From contig NC_083239.1 of the NCBI RefSeq assembly GCF_032191835.1, positions 52,886,001-52,950,000 on the forward strand: a stretch of DNA of 64,000 nucleotides. Reading direction: 5' to 3'. Positions within the stretch are counted from its first letter, which is position 1. Each line of letters begins with the position of its first letter. The notes under the pieces are model-generated. The model ran no database searches. It saw nothing but the letters and a program-made list of their open reading frames with translations, and was not told the DNA's origin. This document shows positions 22,211 through 33,372 of this stretch, one piece after another. Origin of the DNA: Heteronotia binoei (taxonomy: Eukaryota). Position numbers and translations under genes: made by a program.

Positions 22211-24104
22211 AATATTGTAACTGAATACCGCCACTGGCTGCAATCCTATCCTATCCCCTGGCTGGAAACTCTGTATACTTCATTGTGCAACTTGGGCTAA
22301 ATATTTGCCACTTAACTTGATTCATAACAAGCACCTGGGAAATTTGGAGCAAGCCTTAGGGCCAATTATGCATTACAATATACACGAGTCTGCCATGGGG
22401 ACTTGCAGCTACATTGTAGACCAGACCCTCGAGGTCACTTGGTGTGGCCCTCGGAGATTGCTGGGCCAAACCGAGCCACGTGGCAGCCTCCCTGGGGCCT
22501 GGCTGGCCAGCAAGGATCGTGGGGCCCAGCCACGCTGTGCAGCAGCCTCCCCAGGGCCAGGCAGGGATCGCAGGGCCCAGATGTACTGTGCGGCAGCCTC
22601 CCCGGGGCCTGGCTGGCCGGCCAGAATTGCTGCAGGGCCCGGAAAAGTTACTGTCACAGTTCAGTTCGCACTTGATTATCCCAGAGGGTGTGGCCTAATA
22701 TGCTAATGAGGGTGTGACCTAATATGCTAATATTAGGGGATGTGCTCTAATATGCTACTGAGTTCCTGCTGAGCTTTTTCTACAAAAAAGCCCTGGACCT
22801 CTGCATTTGCCTATGGCAGTGGGCCCTGCGTGTGTGTGTGTGTGTGCCAGATTAGGCTCTCCCCACATGACTTCAAAAAGAAAAACAATGATTTGCATTA
22901 ATTTTGCCAGCCTGAATCATTCTCCCTTGGCAGAGCAGTTTTTTGATAGTTTTTTATGGCCTGCGAATGATGTTATAAATATCCATATGGCCCTTGGCAG
23001 AAAAAAGGTCCCCCACCCCTGTTGTAGACACAAGTCCCTGTGGTGGACTCATGCACACTTAGCCTGCAGTTAGACCCTCAGACTGGCGCTGTCAAGCAGC
23101 AAAAGGCTCTGATTTTCTTTGGATCTGGATCACTCCACGATCCTCCACATGACAGATGTGATAGAACACTGCCGAAAACTGGGTGTACCTTGCTGAACCA
23201 AACAGTGCGACCAAACTCTAGCAAAACCCCCCACAGTTGGCAGTGCTGGTCATAAACCATGAAGTACATTGCTAAAAAAAACGCAGTAGGAAAAGCTGGC
23301 ATGGGAAACAAGGATCCCCAACCAGTTGAAGGCCAGTAGTGCCAGTAAGGACTGCCGTGACTGGCTGCATCCCCTGGGCCTGGGGGAGCTGATACACTTG
23401 CTAGGAAAAGAGGGGAAGGTGTCTGCCTCTCTCTGGGCAGGATGAAAAGTCAATCAACAGGCTTCTCTGAGACTTCAGGTGGACACACAAGAGCCAAGTT
23501 ACCCCAGTTACCTCTGGTCAGGGAGACCATTGTTGTGAGCCGCTACAGAGCGCTGAAGGTCATCGGGTGCTGGTAGCTAAGGGAAGAAAGAGGAGATGGA
23601 AGAGTCATCCAGTTCACAGCCAGTCCAGGGCGAGGAAGGGGGAAAATATCCAAAGGAACATGTTTCACATCCAGGGGCCAATGCAGATGAGTCCCACCAG
23701 TAAAGAGGATGTCAGAGGTTGCCTCAAAAGGGAAGATTCAGTTCTTTGTTCTTTGTTGCATTTTGAGATGTTGCATTTTGAGATGACTGTGTGGGACAAG
23801 GCAAAAGAAGATGACTGCAGATTTATACCCCGTCCTTCTCTCTGGATCAGAGACTCAGAGCGGCTTACAATCTCTTATATCTTCCTCCTCCCACAACAGA
23901 CACCCTGTGAGGTGGGTGGGACTGAGAGAGCTTTCAAGGACAACTCCTACGAGAGCTCTGGCTGACCCAAGGCCATTCCAGCAGGTGCAAGTGGAGGAGT
24001 GGGGAATCAAACCCAGTTCTCCCAGATAAGAGTCCGCTCACTTAACCACTACACCAAACTGTCTTTCTGCACTGGCATTTCTGCATTGAAGCCTTTTTAA
24101 AACT

Positions 24105-24445
24105 TGGCTTTTTGGACTCTCATGGTGGACTTGTCAGTCCAAAGGGAAATCAACCCAGACTGTTCCTTGGAAGGTCACATGCTGAAGCTGAAGCTCAAAT
24201 ACTTTGACCACCAAATGAGAAGGGAGCACGCCCTGGAGAAGACCCTGATGCTGGGAAAGACAGAAGGCAAAAGAAGAAGGGGACGGCAAAAGATGAGATG
24301 GCTGGACAGTGTTACTGATGTAACGAACACAAATTTGAGCAGACTTCAGAGGATGGTGGAAGACAGGAGGGCCTGGCGTGACTTGGCCCAGGGGGTCGCA
24401 AAGAGTCGGACTCCACTGTGCAATTGAGGAACAACAAAAAAACAA
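24105..24445 (+). mobile_element. RTE/BovB LINE 3' end
   Basis: LKLKLKYFDHQMRREHALEKTLMLGKTEGKRRRGRQKMRWLD..GVAKSRT followed by a (CAA)n-like tail. Confidence 0.85.
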
Positions 24446-27102
24446 TATATTGTGCTCACAGCAATGTTTTGCATGATTATGTCACATTAGAGAATAATCA
24501 CTTAGAAAAGTTTTGGTGGTTAAAAGCCTTGTCTTTATTGTATTTATTACAATAAATGGCTTCCTCCAGTTTTGCTCCACCTGGGGGCTGGTAACCCTAA
24601 GGCTCCATATTCCATCTCACCAAGAGGGAAGGATGGTAAGGACTCTCCTCCTCCTCCTCTCTCTTTCCCTGTCTCTACCCTCATTTTCCATCATGGCAGC
24701 CATAGTGCGGGTCCCAGAAGAGATGCCTGTTGCCTCCCACGTTGAGTGCCTGCACAGGTGCCCCCACACCACCTCCTCGCCCCCACTCACCTCGCCGCCA
24801 GCAGTCGCTGAGGTGGCTCGGTTAAAGAAGAAGAAGATGATATTGGATTTATATGCCGCCCTCCACTCCGAAGAGTCTCAGAGCGACTCACAATCTCCTT
24901 TACCTTCCTCCCCCACAACAAACACCCTGTGAGGTGGGTGGGGCTGGAGAGGGCTCTCCCAGCAGCTGCCCTTTCAAGGACAACCTCTGCCAGAGCTATG
25001 GCTGACCCAAGGCCATGCTAGCAGGTGCAAGTGGAGGAGTGGGGAATCAAACCTGGTTCTACCAGATAAGAGTCCGCACACTGAACCACTACACCAAACT
25101 TGCTCTCCAGCCTGGCTTTAAAAGGTTAGCAGTGTGAGCTGAAGTGAGCCTCGTTTGCCAAAGACAGCAAACAAGAAGAAACCCAGTTGGGAGGGAAGGT
25201 GGAGAGGGAAGGACTGAGATTCTGAACTCCGCTTTTGCACTGTTTCTGATAACAAAAACTGCCCCGCCTGAGTCACCTTTTTGGCCCTGCAAGGGAGAAA
25301 ATACACAATCACTACCCAACTCGGCCCTCTGGTACAGTTCAGCCTGGTTCCCAAGGCTACTTTTAGATACAATAAACACGGGGCTTTTTCTGTAGCAGAA
25401 ACTCCTTCGCATATTAGGCCACACCCCTCTTATGTAGCCAATCCTACAAGAGCTTACAGGGCTCTTTGTACCAGGCCTACTGTAAACTCCAGGAGGATTG
25501 GCTACATCAGGGGGGGGGCGTGACCTAATATGCAAAGGAGTTCCTGCTACAAAAAGTAAGCCCTGGATAATGAGCAATGGAAGGGGCGGTGGCTCAGTGG
25601 TAGAGCATCTGCTCGGTAAGCAGAAGGTCCCAGGTTCAATCCCTGGCATCTCCAACTAAAAAGGGTCCAGGCAAGTAGGCGTGAAAAACCTCAGATTAGA
25701 GAGCTGCCGCCAGTCTGAGTAGACAATACTGACTCTGATGGACCGAGGGTCTTATTCAGTAGAAGGCAGCTTTATGTGTTCATAAACATGAGTTTTTGCT
25801 GAACGGGGGCTGTTAAGGCCGGCGTCAGGCTTTCTCTGCCTCCGAGCCCCATTCAGAGACACAACGGCCATCTTCTGCATTCACAGCCATACTGTTGCCA
25901 TAGAAGGTCTAAAAGGTGACTTAACTTCTCTCCCATGATTTCAGGAAACATTTGAAATGAGAGGACAAAAAGGAACAGGTACAGAAGTACAGACGGCAGG
26001 GCTGCTTTTGTAGCAGCAACTCCTTTGCATATTAGGCCACACACCCCCTGATGGAGCCAATCCTCCTGGAGCTTACAGGAGGCCCTGTGCGAAGAGCCCT
26101 GGAAGCTCTTGGAGGATTGACTACATCAGGGGTGTATGGCCAATATGCAAAGGAGTTCCAGCAGGGTCAGAGCAAACCTCTGTCTAGTCCAGCAGAACGC
26201 TTTAAAGCTGTGACTCTGTGTACGCTTACTTGCAAGGGGTGTGTGGCCTAATATGCGTGGCATTATCCCAGAGGGGGAGCCGTGATTACTCATGTTACAG
26301 CCAACAAAACGGAAGTCCAGTGGCATTGTGAAGCCCGAACAGAATTCATTCCACGGAAGCAAGGTTTACACTGGATTCGATTTCGTTAAGTCCTTAAGGG
26401 TCAGTTTTATCGCCCCTCGAACCGGCTTGCAAAGAAGGTGCAAACGTTCTCCTATTTGTACTTTAAACCATAAAAAGCCCCTGTTGGTTTACGATCTGGC
26501 GTCAGCTAGGGGAAGGGTGGGTGGGAGAAAGAATAGCCTTCGAAGAACCCCAGCTGTGCCTCCTCCCCCCCCCCGTCCCCCCCAAACGGCAGGAACCGGG
26601 ACATAGAAAAAAGAGTGGTTTACTTACGGGCCTGAAGGATGCAGGTAACGCAGCGCCCAGTTCCGGCTCAGGCGCGAACTTCGCCCTCTTCCGTGCCAGA
26701 TAGCCTTATCAAATTCAAACTTACCTTTTGCAGATTTTATCGGGCAAGACCTAGAGGGCTGGTGCATTTAAAGGGCCAGGAAAGCAGAGAGGCGAGAGCT
26801 CCGGCTACAATGATCAAGACGCGTCAGATGAGCCTCAAAGAAAGTGGGGGACCAAAAGGCTTCAAGAAGTAGGGGTGGGGGGCTGGTAAGAGAGATCCTA
26901 AGGAACGTGGGCTGGATCCTGCGCAACTGGTCCGCTCACGGCAGCAATAGGGACGGGGCAAGGACCCCTCTGTCGTTGCAGCAGAAGCTTCTCAGTACCA
27001 TTGCTAGAACTGGATGCAACCGTGGGAATTTGCAGCGAGGGTGGTGTGATCTTAACCCCCTCTCTCTGCCCACCTTCCTAACAATAAGGGCCCCCTTTCA
27101 CA

Positions 27103-27760
27103 ATGCTTCCCTCCCGTGGTGATGCGGTGGCTAAAAAGGCCAATGCAGTTTTGGGCTGTATCAACAGAAGCATAGTGTCCAGATCACGTGATGTGATGGT
27201 ATCGCTGTACTCTGCTCTGCTAAGACCTCACCTGGAGTCTTGTGTTCAGTTTTGGGCACCCCATTTTAAGAAGGATGTAGACAAGCTGGAACGGGTCCAG
27301 AGGAGGGCAACGAAGATGGTGAGGGGTCTGGAGACCAAGTCCTATGAGGAAAGGTTGAAGGAGCTGGGCATGTTTAGCCTGGAGAGGAGGTGGCTGGGAG
27401 GTGATAGGATCACCATCTTCAAGTCCTTGAAGGGCTGTCATATAGAGGATGGTGTGGAATTGATTTCTGTGGCCCCAGAAGGTAGAACCAGATCCAATGG
27501 GTTGAAATTAAACCAAAAGAGTTTTCGGCTCAACATTAGGAAGAACTTCCTGACCATTAGAGCGGTTCCTCTGTGGAACAGGCTTCCTCCTCAGGAGGTG
27601 GTGGGCTCTCCTTCCTTGGAGGCTTTTAAGCAGAGGCTAGATGGCCATCTGACAGCGATGAAGATCGTATTTAGGGGGAGGTGTTTGTGAATTTCCTGCA
27701 ATGTGCAGGGGGTTGGACGAGATGACCCTGGAGGTCCCTTCCAACTCTAGGATTCTATGG
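27103..27760 (+). mobile_element. CR1 LINE 3' portion (second subfamily); related fragments at 28650-29010 (minus), 33945-34255 (plus) and 56090-56755 (minus)
   Basis: CDAVAKKANAVLGCINRSIVSRSRDV..RPHLESCVQFWAPHFKKDVDKLERVQRRATKMV. Confidence 0.9.
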
Positions 27761-28239
27761 TTCTTTACAGAGAGGGATTAAAATGTGGAAATTGTGGCTG
27801 AAGGATGTAGCGATGACCACAGGAATAAACAGGTTGAAAGGAGATGAGAGAGATTTGTGGAGGATAGAGGTCTATCAGTGCCTACTAGCCATGGGGACAA
27901 AAGGGATTGTCCACATTCAGAGGCATGGAGCCTCTGAATCCCAGAGTCAGCAGGCAACATCAGGGAAAGGCCTCAATCTCTCTGCCCTGTTGTTAGCCCT
28001 ACTGAACAGCTGGTTGGTTACTGCGCAAGACGGGATGCTGGACTGGATGGACTATTGGTCCAATCCAGCAAGGCTCTTATTGTCTTGTCAATGGCTGCTG
28101 GCCATGGCGACTGAGGGGAACTTCCACATTCAGAGGCACTAAGCTTCTGAATCCAAGAGGCAAGATTAGGGGATGTTCTCGGCTTCTGTGCCTTCTTGTT
28201 GGCCGCCCAGAAAAAGTGGCTGCCCTTGGGTGAGATGGG

Positions 28240-28652
28240 ATGCTGGACTAGATGGACCCTCACTGGCCTTACCTAGCAGGGTTTTTCTGATGTTCTTCTG
28301 AAGGGAAGGCCTTGGCCTCTCTGCCCTGTTGTTGGCCCTCCAGAGGAACTGGGTGGCTCCTGTGTGAGAGAGGAGGCTGGACTAGATGAACCCTCCCTGG
28401 TCTGATCCAGCAGGGCTCTTCTGATGTTCTTCTCAGGGGAAGGTCTCAGCCTCTCTGCCCTGTTGTGGACCCTCCAGAGGAACTGGTTGGCCACTGTGTG
28501 AGAAAGGAGGCTGGACTAGATGGACCCTCCCTGGTCTGATCCAGCAGGGCTCTTCTGATGTTCTTCTCAGGAGAAGGCCTCGGCCTCTCTGCCCTGTTGT
28601 TGGCCCTCCAGAGGAACTGGTTGGTCATTGTGTGAGACAGGAGGCTGGACTT
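28240..28652 (+). repeat. Tandem array of a 134-bp CR1-like 3' tail unit (about 3 copies)
   Basis: ctggactagatg recurs at 28244, 28378 and 28512. Confidence 0.8.
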
Positions 28653-29424
28653 CTGAAAAACCTCCAAGGGAGGAAAGCCCACCTCCTCCCAAGGAGGAAG
28701 CCTGTTCCACTGAGGAACCTCTCCAATGGTCAGGAAGTTCATAGAATCACAGAGTTGGAAGGGACCCCAGGGTCATCTAGTCCAACCCCCTGCACAATGA
28801 AGGAAACTCACAAACACCTCACCCAAAATTCACAGGATCTTCATTGCTGTCAGATGGCCATCTAGCCTCTTTAAAAACCTTCAAGGAAGGAGAGCCCACC
28901 ACCTCCCGAGGAAGCCTGTTCCACTGAGGAACCGCTCTAATGGTCAGGAAGTTCTTCCTCATGTTGAGCCGGAAACTCTTTTGATTTACTTTCAGTTCCT
29001 TGGTTCTGGCTCGTATAAAACAGGAGCCTCATAGCACCTTCCAGAGATAGCATCAGCTCATGAACCTGAGGCCGATTTATGTACCTGGGAGCGGAGGAGA
29101 TAATAGGCTTGCTGAGAGAAGCCTGGCGCTGAACAAGATTTAATTAAAAGGCTTATCTGTTGCACGTTCCTCCTGCCTTGTGTCAACACGGGCGGGAATG
29201 TGGCTCGCCTGCGCCATGAGTCCTGCTCTTGACTGCAGTGCGTTCTGAAGCAACCGCTCTTCGGAACGTCTTCTCCCCCTCCTGCGCGCTTTCCTGTTGC
29301 GTGTGGCCCTAAACGCTTCATTTTGTTAGATGGAGGACTGTCTTGGAAAAGCTTATACTGCCAGTCTCGAAAGAACTACTGGACTCCTGTTTTACGGACT
29401 AACACAGCCGCCCGTCATCTGCCT

Positions 29425-29430
29425 TTTATT
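29425..29430 (-). promoter_or_regulatory. TBCB: Candidate TBCB polyadenylation signal (AATAAA)
   Basis: First canonical AATAAA I could find on the minus strand downstream of the TBCB stop at 31049. Confidence 0.35.
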
Positions 29431-29434
29431 TGAA

Positions 29435-30342
29435 GGAGAAGATGATATTGGATTTATACCGTGCCCTCCACTCCGAATTCAGAGTCTCACAATCTCCTTT
29501 CCCTTTCTCCCTCGCAACAGACACCCTGTGAAGGGGGTGGGGCTGAGTGAGCTCTCACAGAAGCTGCCCTTTCAAGGACAGAGTCTCAGAGTGGCCTACA
29601 ATCTCCTTTCCCTTCCTCCCCTACAACAGATACCCTGTGAGGTGGGTGGGGCTGAGAGAGCTCTCACAGAAGCTGCCCTTTCAAGGACAGAGTCTCAGAG
29701 TGGCCTACAATCTCCTTTACCTTCCTCCCCCACAACAGGCACCCTGTGAGGTGGGTGGGGCTGAGTGAGCTCTCACAGAAGCTGCCCTTTCAAGGACAGA
29801 GTCTCAGAGTGGCCTACAATCTCCTTTACCTTCCTCCCCCACAACAGGCACCCTGTGAGGTGGGTGGGGCTAAGTGAGCTCTCACAGAAGCTGCCCTTTC
29901 AAGGACAGAGTCTCAGAGTGGCCTACAATCTCCTTTACCTTCCTCCCCCACAACAGGCACACTGTGAGGTGGGGCTGAGAGGGCTCTCACAGCAGCTGCC
30001 CTTTCAAGGACAGAGTCTCAGAGTGGCCTACAATCTCTTTTACCTTCCTCCCCCACAACAGGCACCCTGTGAGGTGGGTGGGGCTGAGAGGGCTCTTACA
30101 GCAGCTGCCCTTCCAAGGACAGAGTCTCAGAGCGGCCTACAATCTCCTTTACCTTCTTCCCCCACAACAGACACCCTGTGAAGTGAGTAGGGCTGAGAGG
30201 GCTCTCCCAGCAGCTGCCCTTTCAAGGACAACCCTGCAAGAGTTATGGCTGACCCCAGGCCATTCCAGAAGGTGCAAATTGAGGAGTTGTTCCCGGTTCT
30301 CCCAGATAGGAGTCCATGCGCTTAACCACCACACCAAACTGG
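29435..30342 (-). repeat. Squam3-like SINE expanded internally into about 7 x 109-bp units
   Basis: gagtctcagag at 29581, 29690, 29799, 29908, 30013 and 30122. Confidence 0.9.
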
Positions 30343-31048
30343 CAGTCTGGGCCAGTATTAAGCCACTCCATAGAAAAACTATACCCCTCCAGGCCTCAGG
30401 TTCACTTCCCGGGAGCAACGCATCGAAGATAAAACAAGGACAGCACACAAGTAACTCCTGCATGGAATGTATTTCCCCCCCTCCTTCCTGCTCCATTTCT
30501 AAAAAATCTGTAATTATCACATTGCATCAACCAACAGCACAGCACAAAACAAGAACGTAATGGGCAGCGGCCGAGTTTGCACCAGACGCCATGCGAGCGA
30601 AAAGTCCCGTAGCAGAGTCCTTTTTGCCTTGATGGTGGCAACACACTTCAGTTAAGCCTAACCACTTCTGAACCCCATGGCTGTGCAGCAGCAAGCAGCG
30701 GGAGAGCACACCCCCTTACCCGCCACCCCATGGAGTGCTGTTAGGAAGCAAAATCATGCCAGTATTCTACGTCTTACCAAACTGGCACGGAAAGGTGAGT
30801 GTGTGAGAACAGACAAGGGGGTTTGGCATCATCGATGAATAGACACATATGACCGGGGGGGGGGGGGGAGGGGGAGAAGAAAAGCCATCCAAACACGAAC
30901 AAAAAGACAGCAGCGATCCAGTCTTCTCCCGCCAGCTCACCGGCAGGAATGCAGTGCGTGGCAGCGCCTCGCCCCAGAAACGGCGGCACGAAGAGACTGT
31001 GGCGATCCTCCTCGGGTCCCTTCGTGAGCCGCCCCCTTCCCAACCCCT

Positions 31049-31166
31049 TTACATCTCATCGTCCAGTCCATAGTCCTCCTCGGGGAAATCCCCCACTGTG
31101 ACGTGCTGCGGCTTCACAAAGGCCCCGTATTTCGGCTGGCACTCGAAGTAGCGCTTCCCGCCGACG
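31049..31166 (-). CDS. TBCB: TBCB exon 6 (CAP-Gly C-terminus and stop)
   Basis: (S)[38 protein letters not shown]. Acceptor ctgcag|c, phase 2. Confidence 0.97.
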
Positions 31167-31424
31167 CTGCAGGAGGAAGAAGACACCAAAAATTATACTC
31201 GTGCCGGATGCTGGTTGAGACGACGTCGAGGGCACCTCTCCGTAAAAGTAAAGCGCTCGACACAGCTGACAAAAACGAGGCAGACTCAACAGCCGGAAGC
31301 GCTAAACTCGGCACAAAGCTGAAGCGCGCAGTTCTGAATTTCAGAGAGCGGCGCAAAGAGAAATCTGACGGGATTCCCAGGGGCATAAGGCCCTCTCCTC
31401 TTCAGGGAAGTTTTAAAACCTTTG

Positions 31425-32090
31425 CCAGATGAGGATGTAAGAAAAGCCCTGCTGGATCAGACTAGGGGTCCATCTAGTCCAGCCTCCTGTCTCACACAGG
31501 GGCCAACCAGTTCCTCTGGAGGGACAACAACAGGGCAGAAAGGCCGAGGCCTTCCCCTGAGAAGAGCATCAGAAGAGCCCTGCTGGATCAGACCAGGGAA
31601 GGTCCATCTAGTCCAACCTCCTGTCTCACACAGTGGCCAGCCAGTTCCTCTGGAGGGCCAACAACAGGGCAGAGAGGCCGAGGCCTTCCCCTAAGAAGAA
31701 CTTCAGAAGAGCCCTGCTGGATCAGACCAGAGAGGGTCCATCTAGTCCAGCCCCCTGCCTCACACAGAGGCCAGCCAGTTCCTCTGGAGGGCCAACATCA
31801 GGGCAGAGAGGCCGAGGCCTTCCCCTGAGAAGAACATCAGAAGAGCCCTGCTGGATCAGACCAGGGAGGGTCCATCTAGTCCAGCCTCCTGTCTCACACA
31901 AGGGCCAACCAGTTCCTCTGGAGGGCCAAAAACAGGGCAGAGAGGCTGAGTCCTTCCCCTGAGAAGAACATCAGAAGAGCCCTGCTGGGTCAGACCACTG
32001 AGGGTCCATCTAGTCCAGCCTCCTCTCTCACACAGTGGCCAGCCAGTTCCTCTGCAGGGCCAAAAACAGGGCATGGAGGCCAAGAACTTC
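31425..32090 (-). repeat. Tandem array of the same 134-bp unit (5 copies), opposite orientation to 28240-28652
   Basis: agagccctgctggatcagacc recurs about every 134 bp. Confidence 0.85.
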
Positions 32091-32699
32091 CTATGAGGTT
32101 GCCTCTTGTTGAACAACCAACATGCATACTGCAACCTTGAAATATACCACAAGGGAACCAGTGTGGCTATGTCAGGGAAAAAAAAACTGTATACAAACAC
32201 CGTGTAACAATGCATGTATATATATTTTATACTCCAAATTAATAAAGTTTTATAATCAATGAATATGCAAATGGTACTACCATGTTGTCTACAATCATCC
32301 AAAGTCCATTTAATAAATTCAAATCAAAGAGTCCTTTTAAATAAACGGTTCCAAAGACATCCAAGCCACTGGGTGATAGCAAGTGCTGAGACGAGGGCTG
32401 TCTGGACACGTAGATGAAAGTCTGAAGGGACTACACACTTCCTGGATATACTTGCACATTTCAAATGTGGTCTTCTTCACAGATCACCTCTTGCCTACTT
32501 CCAGTTCAGGCAGACTGTTCTGCAAACGGAGTTATTCTTTGAGCATTGGTTCCAGCGAAAGGATACAATCTTTCTGCGACCGTGAAGACAAATGAAACAT
32601 GCATGTAGTCGTTTCAGCTTTCACCCATGAGTTCAGGCAGCCTTCATTGTTGCGCACACCATCTCCCAGTGCCCTGGAGACATGCGGAACTGTGCATTT

Positions 32700-33195
32700 A
32701 CAAAGAAGAAGACGGCAAATTTATATCCCGCCCTTCTCTCTGAATCAGACTCAGAGCGGCGTACAATCTCGTATATCTTCTCCCCCCACAACAGACACCC
32801 TGTGAGGTGGGTGGGGCTGAGAGGGCTCTCCCAGCAGCTGCCTTTTCAAGGACAATCTCTGCCAGAGCTCTGGCTGACCCAAGGCCATTCCAGCAGCTGC
32901 AAGTGGAGGAGTGGGGAATCAAACCCGGTTCTCCCAGATAAGAGTCTGCCCTTTCAAGGACAACCTCTGCCAGAGCTATGGCTGACCCAAGGCCATTCCA
33001 GCAGCTGCAAGTGGAGGAGTGGGGAATCAAGCCCGGTTCTCCCAGATAAGAGTCTGCCCTTTCAAGGACAACCTCTGCCAGAGCTCTGGCTGACCCAAGG
33101 CCATTCCAGCAGCTGCAAGTGGAGGAGTGGGGAATCAAGCCCGGTTCTCCCAGATAAGAGTCTGCACACTTCACCACTACACCAAACTGGCTCTC
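32700..33195 (-). repeat. Squam3-like SINE with 3 x 108-bp internal repeats
   Basis: tttcaaggacaa at about 32843, 32951 and 33059. Confidence 0.85.
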
Positions 33196-33299
33196 AATGT
33201 GATTTTGTTTCTAACTCTAACGCCTTTGTGGATATATTCATTTTTGCCTGACTGCTTTTGGATGGGAGCTCTGCGTTTTCGCTAAAGAAACGGGCTTAC

Positions 33300-33372
33300 C
33301 TGCCGTTGTGCTTCCCCAACGGTTCGTCGTACTTTATGCCAATCCAGTAGCCGGGCTTGAACTCTGCTACAC
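33300..33372 (-). CDS. TBCB: TBCB exon 5 (CAP-Gly)
   Basis: (G)[23 protein letters not shown](S), 73 nt, flanked by ag| and |gtaagc. Confidence 0.97.

Noticed and set aside
23290-23400. Strong minus-strand acceptor (ccttcccctcttttcctag) followed by a SPYWHYW-containing frame; likewise ORFs at 2576-2922 and a possible exon near 6531-6583
   Set aside because: No convincing donor in a consistent phase and no homology between the two paralogous loci. These remain unresolved possibilities for upstream exons.
24679-24703. Candidate start exon MAAMMENE with a phase-1 donor for paralog 2
   Set aside because: It is phase-compatible but too short, has a weak donor and shows no similarity to the paralog 1 candidate. 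It cannot be supported without transcripts.
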